In this document: positions 1-11,843 of the stretch, in pieces
Layout: each line of letters begins with the position of its first letter
How positions within the stretch are numbered: the stretch's first letter is position 1
Assembly: GCF_054482525.1 (NCBI RefSeq)
Contig: NZ_CM137006.1
Length of the DNA stretch: 64,000 bases
Direction: 5' to 3' (one strand)
Notes under the pieces: generated by a model
Database searches by the model: none
What the model was told of the DNA's origin: nothing
The model's input: the letters and a program-made list of their open reading frames with translations, nothing else
Position numbers and translations under genes: made by a program

Positions 1-1158
1 GATCTCCACCAGCGCGCGCTGCAACAGGGGCTGGCGTCACATTTTGTCTACGGCTACGGCAAAGGCGGCAAAGAGAGCGTCAGCCATCAAAACTATCCGC
101 AGGTCATCAAACATACGCCGCGGATGACCGCGATGGCGAACATTGCGTTGTTTCGTCTGTTTAATCGCGATCTGTTTGGCAATTTCAATGAGTTATATCG
201 CACTATTACCCGCACACCGGGTCCGGTGGTCCTGCATTTTCATGTGCTGCACAGCTACTGGTTGAATCTAAAGAACGTAGTGCGTTTTTGTGAAAAGGTA
301 AAAAAACATAAACCGGATATCACACTGGTCTGGACGCTGCACGACCACTGGAGCGTTACCGGACGCTGCGCCTTTACCGACGGTTGCGAAGGCTGGAAAA
401 CGGGCTGCCAGAAATGCCCGACCTTAAATAATTATCCGCCGGTGAAGATTGATCGCGCACACCAACTGGTGGCGGGTAAACGCCAGTTATTCCGCGAGAT
501 GCTGGCACTGGGCTGTCAGTTTATTTCCCCCAGCCAGCATGTGGCTGATGCTTTCAATAGTCTGTACGGTCCAGGGCGTTGCCGGATTATCAATAATGGC
601 ATTGATATGGCAACCGAAGCGATTCTGGCGGACTTGCCTCCGGTGCGCGAAACCCAGGGCAAGCCGAAAATCGCGGTGGTGGCGCATGATCTGCGTTACG
701 ACGGCAAAACTAATCAGCAACTGGTGCGTGAGATGATGGCGCTGGGCGACAAAATCGAACTGCATACCTTTGGTAAGTTCTCGCCGTTCACCGCTGGCAA
801 CGTGGTTAATCACGGCTTTGAAACTGACAAGCGCAAGTTGATGAGCGCGCTCAATCAGATGGATGCGCTGGTATTCAGTTCTCGCGTCGATAACTACCCA
901 CTGATTTTGTGTGAGGCGTTATCAATTGGCGTGCCGGTGATTGCCACCCATAGCGATGCGGCGAGGGAAGTGCTGCAAAAATCCGGCGGTAAAACCGTCA
1001 GCGAAGAAGACGTGCTGCAACTGGTGCAGTTAAGCAAACCGGAAATCGCGCAGGCGATATTTGGTACCACGCTGGCTGAGTTCAGCCAACGCAGCCGCGC
1101 CGCCTACAGTGGACAACAGATGCTGGAGGAGTATGTCAACTTCTATCAGAATCTGTAG
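1..1158 (+). CDS. wcaC: Colanic acid biosynthesis glycosyltransferase WcaC (5' end truncated by window edge)
   Basis: Frame 1 is open from base 1 with no stop before the listed ORF 124..1158; GT4-like C-terminal domain; position immediately upstream of wcaD/wcaE/wcaF in conserved order. Confidence 0.85.
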   Translation, partial: DLHQRALQQGLASHFVYGYGKGGKESVSHQNYPQVIKHTPRMTAMANIALFRLFNRDLFGNFNELYRTITRTPGPVVLHFHVLHSYWLNLKNVVRFCEKVKKHKPDITLVWTLHDHWSVTGRCAFTDGCEGWKTGCQKCPTLNNYPPVKIDRAHQLVAGKRQLFREMLALGCQFISPSQHVADAFNSLYGPGRCRIINNGIDMATEAILADLPPVRETQGKPKIAVVAHDLRYDGKTNQQLVREMMALGDKIELHTFGKFSPFTAGNVVNHGFETDKRKLMSALNQMDALVFSSRVDNYPLILCEALSIGVPVIATHSDAAREVLQKSGGKTVSEEDVLQLVQLSKPEIAQAIFGTTLAEFSQRSRAAYSGQQMLEEYVNFYQNL

Positions 1159-2350
1159 CTACCTGCTGCTGCCGCTGATCTACCTGCTGGTTAACGTCAA
1201 AATCGCCCAGCTTGGCGAAAGTTTCCCCATCACCATCGTCACTTTTTTACCTGTCTTGTTACTGCTGTTTTTAGAACGCATCAGCGTTAAAAAATTGATG
1301 ATTGCCTTAGGGATTGGCGCGGGACTCACGGCGTTTAACTACCTGTTTGGTCAGTCGTTGGATGCCAGTAAATACGTCACTTCAACCATGCTGTTTGTCT
1401 ATATTGTGATCATTATTGGCATGGTGTGGAGTATTCGCTTTAAAACGATTTCGCCCCACAACCACCGCAAGATATTACGCTTTTTTTATCTGGTGGTCGG
1501 GTTGGTGGTGGCGCTGGCGGCGGTGGAGATGGCGCAAATTATCCTCACCGGCGGCAGCAGTATTATGGAATCGATTTCGAAATATCTGATTTACAGCAAC
1601 AGCTATGTGCTGAATTTCATCAAATTCGGCGGCAAGCGCACGACAGCACTTTATTTCGAACCGGCATTTTTCGCTCTGGCATTAATCTCAATTTGGCTCA
1701 GCATCAAACAGTTTGGTATCAAAACCCCTAAAACCGATGCTATGATTCTCGCAGGGATAATATTATCCGGATCGTTTTCAGGGGTTATGACCTTTATCCT
1801 GTTTTATTTGCTGGAGTGGGCATTTCAATATCTGAATAAAGAGGCGATTAAGAAAAAGTTACCGTTAGCATTGATTTCTCTGGCTGTATTCCTGGTTGGT
1901 GTGGTAATCGCGTTTCCTTATATTTCCACCCGTCTGGGCGATTTAGGTACGGAAGGATCGTCATCATATTATCGTATTGTCGGTCCGCTGGTGATGGTCG
2001 GTTATTCTTTGACCCATATTGACGGTGTAGTCAGATTTGGCTCACTTTATGAATATGTCGCATCATTCGGAATATTTAACGGTGCGGATGTCGGAAAAAC
2101 CATAGACAATGGTTTGTATCTGCTGATTATTTATTTTTCCTGGTTCGCAGTGTTTTTATCGCTGTGGTACATGGGGAAAGTGATAAAAATGATGATCAAC
2201 GCTTTTGGTGATAACCGCAATTTTCGCGTGCAATTATATCTTTTTACTCCGGTATCGCTGTTTTTTACCGGTTCGATATTTAGCCCGGAATATGCATTTT
2301 TAATCGTCTGTCCGTTTATTTTGCGAAAAGCGTTAAATATTACGAGGTAA
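1133..2350 (+). CDS. wcaD: Colanic acid polymerase WcaD (multi-pass membrane protein)
   Basis: ORF 1061..2350; internal Met at 1133 ([10 protein letters not shown]...) gives 405 aa; highly hydrophobic; synteny between wcaC and wcaE. Confidence 0.85.
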   Translation: MSTSIRICSYLLLPLIYLLVNVKIAQLGESFPITIVTFLPVLLLLFLERISVKKLMIALGIGAGLTAFNYLFGQSLDASKYVTSTMLFVYIVIIIGMVWSIRFKTISPHNHRKILRFFYLVVGLVVALAAVEMAQIILTGGSSIMESISKYLIYSNSYVLNFIKFGGKRTTALYFEPAFFALALISIWLSIKQFGIKTPKTDAMILAGIILSGSFSGVMTFILFYLLEWAFQYLNKEAIKKKLPLALISLAVFLVGVVIAFPYISTRLGDLGTEGSSSYYRIVGPLVMVGYSLTHIDGVVRFGSLYEYVASFGIFNGADVGKTIDNGLYLLIIYFSWFAVFLSLWYMGKVIKMMINAFGDNRNFRVQLYLFTPVSLFFTGSIFSPEYAFLIVCPFILRKALNITR

Positions 2351-2354
2351 GAAC

Positions 2355-3101
2355 ATGTTGCTTAGCATAATCACTGTCGCGTTTCGTAACCTCGCAGGGA
2401 TAGTCAAAACACATGCCTCGCTGGCGCATCTGGCGCAGGCGGACGATATCAGCTTCGAATGGATTGTTGTCGATGGCGGTTCCAATGACGGCACCCGTGA
2501 GTACCTGGAAAATCTCAATGGTATCTATAACCTACGCTTTGTCAGCGAACCAGATAACGGTATCTACGACGCCATGAACAAGGGCATTGCGATGGCACAA
2601 GGCAAGTTCGCGTTGTTTCTCAACTCAGGTGATATTTTTCATCAGGATGCCGCAAATTTTGTCCGTAAGTTAAAAGTACAAAAAGATAACGTGATGATCA
2701 CTGGCGATGCGCTGCTGGATTTTGGCGACGGGCATAAAATTAAACGTAGCGCCAAACCGGGCTGGTATATTTATCACAGCCTGCCCGCCAGTCATCAGGC
2801 GATATTTTTCCCGGTATCCGGCTTGAAAAAATGGCGTTATGACCTGGAATATAAAGTTTCTTCTGATTACGCGCTGGCGGCTAAAATGTATAAAGCTGGT
2901 TATGCATTTAGAAAACTCAATGGCCTGGTGTCTGAATTTTCTATGGGTGGAGTATCTACCACCAATAATATGGAATTGTGTGCTGACGCCAAAAAAGTCC
3001 AACGACAAATATTACATGTGCCTGGCTTCTGGACTGAATTATCCTGGCATTTACGCCAACGTACTACCTCAAAGACGAAAGCCTTATATAACAAAAGCTG
3101 A
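2355..3101 (+). CDS. wcaE: Colanic acid biosynthesis glycosyltransferase WcaE (GT2)
   Basis: 248 aa; GT2 motifs ([19 protein letters not shown]); synteny. Confidence 0.88.
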   Translation: MLLSIITVAFRNLAGIVKTHASLAHLAQADDISFEWIVVDGGSNDGTREYLENLNGIYNLRFVSEPDNGIYDAMNKGIAMAQGKFALFLNSGDIFHQDAANFVRKLKVQKDNVMITGDALLDFGDGHKIKRSAKPGWYIYHSLPASHQAIFFPVSGLKKWRYDLEYKVSSDYALAAKMYKAGYAFRKLNGLVSEFSMGGVSTTNNMELCADAKKVQRQILHVPGFWTELSWHLRQRTTSKTKALYNKS

Positions 3102-3116
3102 ATATAAGGGAAAACG

Positions 3117-3665
3117 ATGCAGAATTTAAGTGGTTTCTCGGTACCGAAAGGGTTCCGGGGCGGCAACGCTATTAAAGTGCAATTGTGGTGGGCAGTACAG
3201 GCAACATTATTTGCCTGGTCGCCACAAGTATTGTATCGCTGGCGGGCATTTTTATTACTTTTATTCGGGGCAAAAATAGGAAAAAACGTAGTTATTCGTC
3301 CGTCAGTAAAAATTACCTATCCGTGGAAATTAACTTTAGGTGATTACGCGTGGGTCGGCGATGAGGTCAATTTATATACCCTCGGTGAAATAACCATTGG
3401 CGCACATTCGGTGATATCGCAAAAAAGTTATTTATGCACCGGGAGCCACGACCATGCAAGTCAACATTTCACCATTAACGCCACGCCTATTGTGATTGGC
3501 GAGAAATGCTGGCTGGCGACAGATGTTTTTGTTGCCCCTGGCGTCACGATCGGCGACGGCACCGTCGTGGGTGCACGAAGCAGTGTTTTTAAATCGCTTC
3601 CGGCAAATGTGGTTTGCCGGGGGAATCCCGCAGTGGTGATACGCGAACGCGTTGAAACTGAATAA
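3117..3665 (+). CDS. wcaF: Colanic acid biosynthesis acetyltransferase WcaF (hexapeptide-repeat)
   Basis: 182 aa; left-handed beta-helix acetyltransferase-like repeats (IGDGTVVGARS); synteny. Confidence 0.88.
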   Translation: MQNLSGFSVPKGFRGGNAIKVQLWWAVQATLFAWSPQVLYRWRAFLLLLFGAKIGKNVVIRPSVKITYPWKLTLGDYAWVGDEVNLYTLGEITIGAHSVISQKSYLCTGSHDHASQHFTINATPIVIGEKCWLATDVFVAPGVTIGDGTVVGARSSVFKSLPANVVCRGNPAVVIRERVETE

Positions 3666-3690
3666 ATTCAAAAATACAGAGGAATAAGAC

Positions 3691-4812
3691 ATGTCAAAAG
3701 TCGCTCTCATCACCGGTGTAACCGGACAAGACGGTTCTTACCTGGCAGAGTTTCTGCTGGAAAAAGGTTACGAGGTGCATGGTATTAAGCGTCGTGCATC
3801 GTCATTCAACACCGAGCGCGTGGATCACATTTATCAGGATCCGCACACCTGCAACCCGAAATTCCATCTGCATTATGGCGACCTGAGTGATACCTCCAAC
3901 CTGACGCGCATTTTGCGTGAAGTACAGCCGGATGAAGTGTACAACCTGGGTGCAATGAGCCACGTTGCAGTTTCTTTTGAGTCACCGGAATATACCGCAG
4001 ACGTTGATGCGATGGGTACGCTGCGCCTGCTGGAGGCGATCCGCTTCCTCGGTCTGGAAAAGAAAACCCGTTTCTATCAGGCTTCCACCTCTGAACTGTA
4101 CGGTCTGGTGCAGGAAATTCCGCAGAAAGAAACCACGCCGTTCTATCCACGCTCTCCGTATGCGGTCGCCAAACTGTATGCCTACTGGATCACCGTTAAC
4201 TACCGCGAATCCTACGGCATGTATGCCTGTAACGGTATTCTCTTCAACCATGAATCCCCGCGCCGCGGCGAAACCTTCGTTACCCGCAAAATCACCCGCG
4301 CAATCGCCAACATCGCTCAGGGGCTGGAGTCGTGCCTGTACCTCGGCAATATGGATTCCCTGCGCGACTGGGGCCATGCCAAAGACTACGTAAAAATGCA
4401 GTGGATGATGCTGCAACAGGAACAGCCGGAAGATTTCGTTATCGCGACCGGCGTTCAGTACTCCGTGCGTCAGTTCGTGGAAATGGCGGCAGCACAGCTG
4501 GGTATCAAACTGCGCTTTGAAGGCACGGGCGTTGAAGAGAAGGGCATTGTGGTTTCCGTCACCGGGCATGACGCGCCAGGCGTTAAACCGGGCGATGTGA
4601 TTATCGCCGTTGATCCGCGCTACTTCCGTCCGGCTGAAGTTGAAACGCTGCTCGGTGACCCGACCAAAGCGCACGAAAAACTGGGCTGGAAACCGGAAAT
4701 CACCCTCAGAGAGATGGTGTCTGAAATGGTGGCTAATGACCTCGAAGCGGCGAAAAAACACTCTCTGCTGAAATCTCACGGCTACGACGTGGCGATCGCG
4801 CTGGAGTCATAA
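3691..4812 (+). CDS. gmd: GDP-mannose 4,6-dehydratase (colanic acid copy)
   Basis: 373 aa; N-terminal Rossmann motif [12 protein letters not shown]; SDR-type YxxxK; followed by fcl. Confidence 0.95.
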
Positions 4813-4814
4813 GC

Positions 4815-5780
4815 ATGAGTAAACAACGCATTTTTATTGCTGGCCATCGCGGGATGGTCGGTTCCGCCATCAGGCGGCAGCTCGAACAGCGCGGTGATGT
4901 AGAGCTGGTATTACGCACCCGCGATGAACTGAACCTGCTGGACAGCCGCGCCGTGCATGATTTCTTTGCCAGCGAACGTATTGACCAGGTCTATCTGGCG
5001 GCGGCGAAAGTGGGCGGCATTGTTGCCAACAACACCTATCCGGCGGATTTCATCTACCAGAACATGATGATTGAGAGCAACATCATTCACGCCGCGCATC
5101 AGAACGACGTGAACAAACTGCTGTTTCTCGGATCGTCCTGTATCTACCCGAAACTGGCAAAACAGCCGATGGCAGAAAGCGAGTTATTGCAGGGTACGCT
5201 GGAGCCGACCAACGAGCCTTACGCCATTGCCAAAATCGCCGGGATCAAACTGTGCGAATCTTACAACCGCCAGTACGGACGCGATTACCGCTCAGTCATG
5301 CCGACCAACCTGTATGGCCCGCATGACAACTTCCACCCGAGTAATTCGCATGTGATCCCTGCATTGCTGCGTCGCTTCCACGAGGCGACGGCACAGAATG
5401 CACCGGACGTGGTGGTATGGGGCAGCGGTACACCGATGCGTGAATTCCTGCACGTCGATGATATGGCGGCGGCGAGCATTCATGTCATGGAGCTGGCGCA
5501 TGAAGTCTGGCTGGAGAACACCCAGCCGATGCTGTCGCACATTAACGTCGGCACGGACGTTGACTGCACTATCCGCGAGCTGGCTCAAACCATCGCCAAA
5601 GTGGTGGGTTACAAAGGTCGGGTGGTTTTTGATGCCAGCAAACCGGATGGTACGCCGCGCAAACTGCTGGATGTGACGCGCCTGCATCAGCTTGGCTGGT
5701 ATCACGAAATCTCACTGGAAGCGGGGCTTGCCAGCACTTACCAGTGGTTCCTTCAGAATCAAGACCGCTTTCGGGGGTAA
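4815..5780 (+). CDS. fcl: GDP-L-fucose synthase (GDP-4-keto-6-deoxymannose epimerase/reductase)
   Basis: 321 aa; [10 protein letters not shown] Rossmann motif; immediately downstream of gmd. Confidence 0.95.
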   Translation: MSKQRIFIAGHRGMVGSAIRRQLEQRGDVELVLRTRDELNLLDSRAVHDFFASERIDQVYLAAAKVGGIVANNTYPADFIYQNMMIESNIIHAAHQNDVNKLLFLGSSCIYPKLAKQPMAESELLQGTLEPTNEPYAIAKIAGIKLCESYNRQYGRDYRSVMPTNLYGPHDNFHPSNSHVIPALLRRFHEATAQNAPDVVVWGSGTPMREFLHVDDMAAASIHVMELAHEVWLENTQPMLSHINVGTDVDCTIRELAQTIAKVVGYKGRVVFDASKPDGTPRKLLDVTRLHQLGWYHEISLEAGLASTYQWFLQNQDRFRG

Positions 5781-5782
5781 TG

Positions 5783-6262
5783 ATGTTTTTACGTCAGGAA
5801 GACTTTGCCACGGTAGTGCGCTCCACACCGCTTGTCTCTCTCGACTTTATTGTCGAGAACAGTCGCGGCGAGTTTCTGCTTGGCAAAAGAACCAACCGCC
5901 CGGCGCAGGGTTACTGGTTTGTGCCGGGAGGGCGCGTGCAGAAAGACGAAACGCTGGAAGCCGCATTTGAGCGGCTGACGATGGCGGAACTGGGGCTGCG
6001 TCTGCCGATAACAGCAGGCCAGTTTTACGGTGTCTGGCAGCACTTTTATGACGATAACTTCTCCGGCACGGATTTCACCACTCACTATGTGGTGCTCGGT
6101 TTTCGCTTCAGAGTCGCGGAAGAAGAGCTGTTACTGCCGGATGAGCAGCATGACGATTACCGCTGGCTGACGCCGGACGCGTTGCTCGCCAGTGACAATG
6201 TTCACGCTAACAGCCGCGCCTATTTTCTCGCTGAGAAGCGTGCCGGAGTACCCGGATTATGA
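5783..6262 (+). CDS. gmm: GDP-mannose mannosyl hydrolase (Nudix)
   Basis: ORF 5744..6262; tandem ATGs at 5780/5783 abut the fcl stop; Nudix-like region; 159-160 aa. Confidence 0.88.
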   Translation: MFLRQEDFATVVRSTPLVSLDFIVENSRGEFLLGKRTNRPAQGYWFVPGGRVQKDETLEAAFERLTMAELGLRLPITAGQFYGVWQHFYDDNFSGTDFTTHYVVLGFRFRVAEEELLLPDEQHDDYRWLTPDALLASDNVHANSRAYFLAEKRAGVPGL

Positions 6263-7482
6263 AAATACTGGTCTACGGCATTAACTACTCGCCGGAGTTA
6301 ACCGGCATCGGCAAATACACCGGAGAGATGGTGGAATGGCTTGCGGCACAAGGTCATGAGGTGCGGGTCATTACCGCACCGCCTTACTACCCGCAGTGGC
6401 AGGTGGGCGAGAACTATTCCGCCTGGCGGTACAAACGAGAAGAGGGGGCCGCTACGGTGTGGCGCTGCCCGCTGTACGTGCCAAAACAGCCGAGCACCCT
6501 GAAACGCCTGTTGCATCTCGGCAGTTTTGCCGTCAGCAGTTTTTTCCCGTTGATGGCGCAACGTCGCTGGAAGCCGGATCGCATTATCGGCGTAGTGCCA
6601 ACGCTGTTTTGCACGCCGGGAATGCGCCTGCTGGCGAAACTCTCTGGCGCGCGTACCGTGCTGCATATTCAGGATTACGAAGTGGATGCCATGCTGGGGC
6701 TGGGCCTTGCCGGAAAAGGCAAAGGCGGCAAAGTGGCACAGCTGGCAACGGCGTTCGAACGTAGCGGACTGCATAACGTCGATAACGTCTCCACGATTTC
6801 GCGTTCGATGATGAATAAAGCCATCGAAAAAGGCGTGGCGGCAGAAAACGTCATTTTCTTCCCCAACTGGTCAGAAATTGCCCGTTTTCAGCATGTCGCA
6901 GACGCCGATGTTGATGCCCTTCGTAACCAGCTTGGCCTGCCGGATAACAAAAAAATCATTCTTTACTCCGGCAATATTGGTGAAAAGCAGGGGCTGGAAA
7001 ACGTTATTGAAGCAGCCGAACGTCTGCGCGATGAACCGCTGATTTTTGCCATTGTTGGGCAGGGCGGCGGCAAAGCGCGGCTTGAAAAAATGGCGCAGCA
7101 GCGTGGACTGCACAACATGCAATTTTTTCCGCTGCAATCGTATGACGCTTTACCCGCACTGCTGAAGATGGGCGATTGCCATCTGGTGGTGCAAAAACGC
7201 GGCGCGGCAGATGCCGTATTGCCGTCGAAACTGACCAATATTCTGGCGGTAGGCGGTAACGCGGTGATTACCGCAGAGGCCCACACAGAACTGGGGCAGC
7301 TTTGCGAAACCTTTCCGGGCATTGCGGTTTGCGTAGAACCGGAATCGGTCGAGGCGCTGGTGGCGGGGATCCGTCAGGCGCTCCTGCTGCCCAAACACAA
7401 CACGGTGGCACGTGAATATGCCGAACGCACGCTCGATAAAGAGAACGTGTTACGTCAATTTATAAATGATATTCGGGGATAA
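6259..7482 (+). CDS. wcaI: Colanic acid biosynthesis glycosyltransferase WcaI (GT4)
   Basis: 407 aa; GT4 fold; synteny between gmm and cpsB. Confidence 0.88.
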   Translation: MKILVYGINYSPELTGIGKYTGEMVEWLAAQGHEVRVITAPPYYPQWQVGENYSAWRYKREEGAATVWRCPLYVPKQPSTLKRLLHLGSFAVSSFFPLMAQRRWKPDRIIGVVPTLFCTPGMRLLAKLSGARTVLHIQDYEVDAMLGLGLAGKGKGGKVAQLATAFERSGLHNVDNVSTISRSMMNKAIEKGVAAENVIFFPNWSEIARFQHVADADVDALRNQLGLPDNKKIILYSGNIGEKQGLENVIEAAERLRDEPLIFAIVGQGGGKARLEKMAQQRGLHNMQFFPLQSYDALPALLKMGDCHLVVQKRGAADAVLPSKLTNILAVGGNAVITAEAHTELGQLCETFPGIAVCVEPESVEALVAGIRQALLLPKHNTVAREYAERTLDKENVLRQFINDIRG

Positions 7483-7484
7483 TT

Positions 7485-8921
7485 ATGGCGCAGTCGAAAC
7501 TCTATCCAGTTGTGATGGCAGGTGGCTCCGGTAGCCGCTTATGGCCGCTTTCCCGCGTACTTTACCCCAAGCAGTTTTTATGCCTGAAAGGCGATCTCAC
7601 CATGCTGCAAACCACCATCTGCCGCCTGAACGGCGTGGAGTGCGAAAGCCCGGTGGTGATTTGCAATGAGCAGCACCGCTTTATTGTCGCGGAACAGCTG
7701 CGTCAACTGAACAAACTCACCGAGAACATTATTCTCGAACCGGCAGGGCGTAACACGGCACCTGCCATTGCGCTGGCGGCGCTGGCGGCAAAACGTCATA
7801 GCCCGGAGAGCGACCCGTTAATGCTGGTCTTGGCGGCGGATCATGTGATTGCCGATGAAGATGCGTTCCGCGCCGCCGTGCGTAACGCCATGCCATATGC
7901 CGAAGCGGGCAAGCTGGTGACCTTCGGCATTGTGCCGGATCTCCCTGAAACCGGTTATGGCTATATTCGTCGCGGTGAAGTGTCTGCTGGTGAGCAGGAT
8001 ACGGTGGCCTTTGAAGTGGCGCAGTTTGTCGAAAAACCGAATCTGGAAACCGCTCAGGCCTATGTGGCAAGCGGCGAATATTACTGGAACAGCGGTATGT
8101 TCCTGTTCCGCGCCGGACGCTATCTAGAAGAACTGAAAAAGTATCGTCCGGATATTCTCGATGCCTGTGAAAAAGCGATGAGCGCCGTCGATCCGGATCT
8201 CGATTTTATTCGCGTGGATGAAGAAGCGTTTCTGGCCTGCCCGGAAGAGTCGGTGGATTACGCGGTCATGGAACGTACGGCAGATGCCGTTGTGGTGCCG
8301 ATGGATGCGGGCTGGAGCGATGTCGGCTCCTGGTCCTCTTTATGGGAGATCAGCGCCCACACCGCCGAGGGCAACGTTTGCCACGGCGATGTGATTAATC
8401 ACAAAACTGAAAACAGCTATGTGTACGCCGAATCTGGTCTGGTCACCACCGTCGGGGTGAAAGATCTGGTGGTGGTGCAGACCAAAGATGCGGTGCTGAT
8501 TGCAGACCGTAACGCGGTACAGGATGTGAAAAAAGTGGTCGAGCAGATCAAAGCCGACGGTCGCCATGAGCATCGGGTGCATCGCGAAGTGTATCGTCCG
8601 TGGGGCAAATATGACTCTATCGACGCGGGCGACCGCTACCAGGTGAAACGCATCACCGTGAAACCGGGCGAGGGCTTGTCGGTACAGATGCACCATCACC
8701 GCGCGGAACACTGGGTGGTTGTCGCGGGAACGGCAAAAGTCACTATCGACGGTGATATCAAACTGCTTGGTGAAAACGAGTCCATTTATATTCCGCTGGG
8801 GGCGACGCACTGCCTGGAAAACCCGGGGAAAATTCCGCTCGATTTAATTGAAGTGCGCTCCGGGTCTTACCTCGAAGAGGATGATGTGGTGCGCTTCGCG
8901 GATCGCTACGGGCGGGTGTAG
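7485..8921 (+). CDS. cpsB: Mannose-1-phosphate guanylyltransferase (colanic acid copy)
   Basis: 478 aa; [15 protein letters not shown] nucleotidyltransferase motif; C-terminal cupin domain. Confidence 0.93.
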   Translation: MAQSKLYPVVMAGGSGSRLWPLSRVLYPKQFLCLKGDLTMLQTTICRLNGVECESPVVICNEQHRFIVAEQLRQLNKLTENIILEPAGRNTAPAIALAALAAKRHSPESDPLMLVLAADHVIADEDAFRAAVRNAMPYAEAGKLVTFGIVPDLPETGYGYIRRGEVSAGEQDTVAFEVAQFVEKPNLETAQAYVASGEYYWNSGMFLFRAGRYLEELKKYRPDILDACEKAMSAVDPDLDFIRVDEEAFLACPEESVDYAVMERTADAVVVPMDAGWSDVGSWSSLWEISAHTAEGNVCHGDVINHKTENSYVYAESGLVTTVGVKDLVVVQTKDAVLIADRNAVQDVKKVVEQIKADGRHEHRVHREVYRPWGKYDSIDAGDRYQVKRITVKPGEGLSVQMHHHRAEHWVVVAGTAKVTIDGDIKLLGENESIYIPLGATHCLENPGKIPLDLIEVRSGSYLEEDDVVRFADRYGRV

Positions 8922-9022
8922 CAGTTGAATAATCAACCGGATTAATTCTCCGGTAAATAACGACAAAAACAAAATTGGCCGTTTCGGTCAGGGCCAACTA
9001 TTGCCTGAAAAAGGGTAACGAC

Positions 9023-10393
9023 ATGAAAAAATTAACCTGCTTTAAAGTCTACGATATTCGCGGGAAATTAGGCGAAGAACTGAATGAAGATATTGCCTGG
9101 CGTATTGGTCGCGCCTATGGCGAATTTCTTAAACCGAAAACCATTGTTTTAGGCGGTGATGTCCGCCTCACCAGCGAAACCTTAAAACTGGCGCTGGCAA
9201 AAGGTTTACAGGATGCGGGCGTCGATGTGCTGGATATTGGCATGTCCGGCACCGAAGAGATCTATTTCGCCACGTTCCATCTCAGCGTGGATGGCGGCAT
9301 TGAAGTTACCGCCAGCCATAACCCGATGGATTACAACGGCATGAAGCTGGTGCGCGAAGGGGCTCGCCCGATCAGCGGCGATACCGGACTGCGCGACGTC
9401 CAGCGTCTGGCAGAAGCCAATGACTTCCCTCCTGTCGATGAAACCAAACGCGGTCGCTATCAGCAAATCAATCTGCGTGACGCTTACGTTGATCACCTGT
9501 TCGGTTATATCAACGTCAAAAACCTCACGCCGCTCAAGCTGGTGATCAACTCCGGGAACGGCGCGGCGGGGCCGGTGGTGGACGCCATTGAAGCCCGCTT
9601 TAAAGCCCTCGGCGCACCCGTGGAATTGATCAAAGTGCACAACACGCCGGACGGGAATTTCCCCAACGGTATTCCTAACCCGCTGCTGCCGGAATGTCGC
9701 GACGACACCCGCAATGCGGTCATCAAACACGGCGCGGATATGGGCATTGCCTTTGATGGCGATTTTGACCGCTGTTTCCTGTTTGACGAAAAAGGGCAGT
9801 TTATCGAGGGCTACTACATTGTTGGCCTGCTGGCAGAAGCGTTCCTCGAAAAAAATCCCGGCGCGAAGATCATCCACGATCCACGTCTCTCCTGGAACAC
9901 CGTTGATGTGGTGACTGCCGCAGGCGGCACCCCGGTAATGTCGAAAACCGGACACGCCTTTATTAAAGAACGTATGCGCAAGGAAGACGCCATCTACGGT
10001 GGCGAAATGAGCGCCCACCATTACTTCCGTGATTTCGCTTACTGCGACAGCGGCATGATCCCGTGGCTGCTGGTCGCCGAACTGGTGTGCCTGAAAGGGA
10101 AAACGCTGGGCGAACTGGTGCGCGACCGGATGGCAGCGTTTCCGGCAAGCGGTGAGATCAACAGCAAACTGGCGCACCCCGTTGAGGCGATTAATCGCGT
10201 CGAACAGCATTTTAGCCGTGAGGCGCTGGCGGTGGATCGCACCGATGGCATCAGCATGACCTTTGCCGACTGGCGCTTTAACCTGCGCTCCTCCAACACC
10301 GAACCGGTGGTGCGGTTGAATGTGGAATCGCGCGGCGATGTACCGCTGATGGAAGCGCGAACGCGAACTCTGCTGACGTTGCTGAACGAGTAA
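9023..10393 (+). CDS. cpsG: Phosphomannomutase (colanic acid copy)
   Basis: ORF 8975..10393; start taken at MKKLTCFK (456 aa); phosphohexomutase active-site TASHNP. Confidence 0.93.
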   Translation: MKKLTCFKVYDIRGKLGEELNEDIAWRIGRAYGEFLKPKTIVLGGDVRLTSETLKLALAKGLQDAGVDVLDIGMSGTEEIYFATFHLSVDGGIEVTASHNPMDYNGMKLVREGARPISGDTGLRDVQRLAEANDFPPVDETKRGRYQQINLRDAYVDHLFGYINVKNLTPLKLVINSGNGAAGPVVDAIEARFKALGAPVELIKVHNTPDGNFPNGIPNPLLPECRDDTRNAVIKHGADMGIAFDGDFDRCFLFDEKGQFIEGYYIVGLLAEAFLEKNPGAKIIHDPRLSWNTVDVVTAAGGTPVMSKTGHAFIKERMRKEDAIYGGEMSAHHYFRDFAYCDSGMIPWLLVAELVCLKGKTLGELVRDRMAAFPASGEINSKLAHPVEAINRVEQHFSREALAVDRTDGISMTFADWRFNLRSSNTEPVVRLNVESRGDVPLMEARTRTLLTLLNE

Positions 10394-10447
10394 TGTCGGA
10401 TCTTCCCTTACCCCACTGCGGGTAAGGGGCTAATAACAGGAACAACG

Positions 10448-11842
10448 ATGACAAATCTAAAAAAGCGCGAGCGAGCGAAAACCAATGCATCGTTAATCTC
10501 TATGGTGCAACGCTTTTCAGATATCACCATCATGTTTGCCGGACTATGGCTGGTTTGCGAAGTCAGCGGACTGTCATTCCTCTACATGCACCTGTTGGTG
10601 GCGCTGATTACGCTGGTGGTGTTCCAGATGCTGGGCGGCATCACCGATTTTTATCGCTCATGGCGCGGTGTTCGGGCAGCGACAGAATTTGCTCTGTTGC
10701 TACAAAACTGGACCTTAAGCGTGATTTTCAGCGCCGGATTGGTGGCGTTCAACAATGATTTCGACACGCAACTGAAAATCTGGCTGGCGTGGTATGGGCT
10801 GACCAGCATCGGACTGGTGGTTTGCCGTTCGTGTATTCGCATTGGGGCGGGCTGGCTGCGTAATCATGGCTATAACAAGCGCATGGTCGCGGTGGCGGGG
10901 GATTTAGCCGCCGGACAAATGCTGATGGAGAGCTTCCGTAATCAGCCGTGGTTAGGGTTTGAAGTGGTGGGTGTCTATCACGATCCGAAACCGGGCGGCG
11001 TTTCTAACGACTGGGCGGGTAACCTGCAACAGCTGGTCGAGGATGCGAAAGCGGGCAAGATTCACAACGTCTATATCGCGATGCAAATGTGCGACGGCGC
11101 GCGAGTGAAAAAGCTGGTCCATCAATTGGCGGACACCACCTGTTCGGTGCTGCTGATCCCCGATGTCTTTACCTTCAACATTCTCCATTCACGTCTTGAA
11201 GAGATGAACGGCGTTCCGGTGGTGCCGCTTTACGACACGCCGCTTTCCGGGGTTAACCGCCTGCTCAAACGTGCGGAAGACATTGTGCTGGCGACGCTTA
11301 TCCTGCTGCTGATCTCCCCGGTGCTGTGTTGCATTGCGCTGGCGGTAAAACTCAGTTCACCTGGGCCGGTTATTTTCCGCCAGACTCGCTACGGCATGGA
11401 CGGCAAGCCGATCAAAGTGTGGAAGTTCCGTTCCATGAAAGTGATGGAGAACGACAAAGTGGTGACCCAGGCGACGCAGAACGATCCGCGCGTCACCAAA
11501 GTGGGGAACTTTCTGCGCCGCACCTCGCTGGACGAATTGCCGCAGTTTATCAATGTGCTGACTGGCGGGATGTCGATTGTCGGGCCACGTCCGCACGCAG
11601 TGGCGCATAACGAACAATATCGCCAGCTCATTGAAGGCTACATGCTGCGCCATAAAGTGAAACCGGGCATTACCGGCTGGGCGCAGATTAATGGCTGGCG
11701 CGGCGAAACTGACACGCTGGAGAAAATGGAAAAACGCGTCGAGTTCGACCTTGAGTACATCCGCGAATGGAGCGTCTGGTTCGATATCAAAATCGTTTTC
11801 CTGACGGTATTCAAAGGCTTCGTTAACAAAGCGGCATATTGA
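10448..11842 (+). CDS. wcaJ: Undecaprenyl-phosphate glucose-1-phosphate transferase WcaJ (initiating transferase)
   Basis: 464 aa; N-terminal TM segments plus C-terminal bacterial sugar transferase domain; synteny. Confidence 0.92.
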   Translation: MTNLKKRERAKTNASLISMVQRFSDITIMFAGLWLVCEVSGLSFLYMHLLVALITLVVFQMLGGITDFYRSWRGVRAATEFALLLQNWTLSVIFSAGLVAFNNDFDTQLKIWLAWYGLTSIGLVVCRSCIRIGAGWLRNHGYNKRMVAVAGDLAAGQMLMESFRNQPWLGFEVVGVYHDPKPGGVSNDWAGNLQQLVEDAKAGKIHNVYIAMQMCDGARVKKLVHQLADTTCSVLLIPDVFTFNILHSRLEEMNGVPVVPLYDTPLSGVNRLLKRAEDIVLATLILLLISPVLCCIALAVKLSSPGPVIFRQTRYGMDGKPIKVWKFRSMKVMENDKVVTQATQNDPRVTKVGNFLRRTSLDELPQFINVLTGGMSIVGPRPHAVAHNEQYRQLIEGYMLRHKVKPGITGWAQINGWRGETDTLEKMEKRVEFDLEYIREWSVWFDIKIVFLTVFKGFVNKAAY

Positions 11843-11843
11843 T

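Noticed and set aside
3982-4779. 265-aa antisense ORF within gmd; similar long antisense ORFs within wcaJ (11357..11995), wcaK (13961..14521), gnd (32899..33606) and hisI region (36685..37158)
   Set aside because: All are fully embedded in well-supported genes on the opposite strand and lack start-site context; typical GC-rich antisense frames.
9206-10210. 334-aa ORF on the minus strand inside cpsG (and its twin 31335..32339 inside manB)
   Set aside because: Antisense open frame of a GC-rich gene; the sense-strand product is an unmistakable phosphomannomutase and the antisense protein has no recognisable motifs.
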